Shown in pieces: positions 63,612-64,000 of a stretch of DNA of 64,000 nt. The notes under the pieces are model-generated. The model made no database searches and was not told the origin of the DNA. It worked only from the letters and a program-made list of their open reading frames with translations. Position 1 is the first letter of the stretch; each line of letters starts with the position of its first letter. The position numbers were made by a program, and so were the translations under genes. Source of the stretch: Marsupella aquatica (taxonomy: Eukaryota; Plantae; Marchantiophyta); NCBI GenBank assembly GCA_973895155.1, contig OZ316893.1, positions 18,383,836-18,447,835 of the forward strand. The letters are read 5' to 3'.

Positions 63612-64000
63612 TGTCGTCGGGATGGGAAATAGAGGAAAGGAAGTGAAGGCGTTATTTTTGAGTTGAAAATATTTGGTGAAGGGATTCAGTTTGGGTGTGC
63701 GTTTTGTTGTTTTGGAGAAAGTTCAAAAAGACAAAAGAGGAATAAAACAAGTGAAAGTTGAAGCTTAGACTTAAGGAAATAGAGACAATTAATGCGGTTG
63801 AGACATGTGGCATCCTGAGAGCACATTCCATAAGGGTCAGATTCAAAGTGAGACACGAGGAGGAGAATCGGGAGGAAAAATAACGGCCGATCGAAGACGG
63901 ACGTTAGAAAAAAGTTCGCAAGGAGAAGACAAAAAAAAATATGAGGCGCTATGGAGAGCTCGGGGATGAATAGGTGAGATTCAGCAGAAAGGGAATGTTG
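63612..64000. repeat. Family B repeat, copy B3, opposite orientation, runs off window
   Basis: Begins TGTCGTCGGGA (compare the reverse complement of CCCCGATGACA). 63725-63815 matches the reverse complement of 8780-8870. Confidence 0.6.

Noticed and set aside
391-64000. Numerous 60-120 aa antisense or alternative-frame ORFs in the track
   Set aside because: They overlap established TE or OSCA coding sequence, or low-complexity repeats, and have no independent motifs.

Overview
Eukaryotic, intron-containing land-plant DNA; a non-seed plant is likely from the element types, but that is inference. About 54 kb is a deeply nested transposon pile, followed by one intact host gene (OSCA2/CSC1-like channel, minus strand, 61738-55642). 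The pile resolves base by base. An old copy (A3) of a large two-gene Mutator-like family was interrupted by a Ty3/Gypsy element (10969-44389, 4-bp TSD). That Gypsy was interrupted by an RTE-X-like LINE (13812-17809) and by a 20.9-kb CACTA-superfamily element with CACAA ends (18227-39104, TSD CTT). The CACTA was in turn interrupted by a complete copy (A2, 25141-35745, TSD GTGCCGAT) of the Mutator-like family. A third copy (A1) lies at 3428-7197. Family A is the candidate novel system. It pairs a GCM-like/DDE/SWIM transposase gene with a divergently oriented gene for a ParB/Srx-like domain (DGNHRL) plus a degenerate N4/N6 amino-methyltransferase-like domain. Its introns and intergenic DNA carry about 18 copies of a palindrome, TAGCGCC-N-GGCGCTA, while A3 carries a different variant, TAGCGA-NN-TYGCTA. 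All domain calls come from motif recognition by eye; no searches were run.
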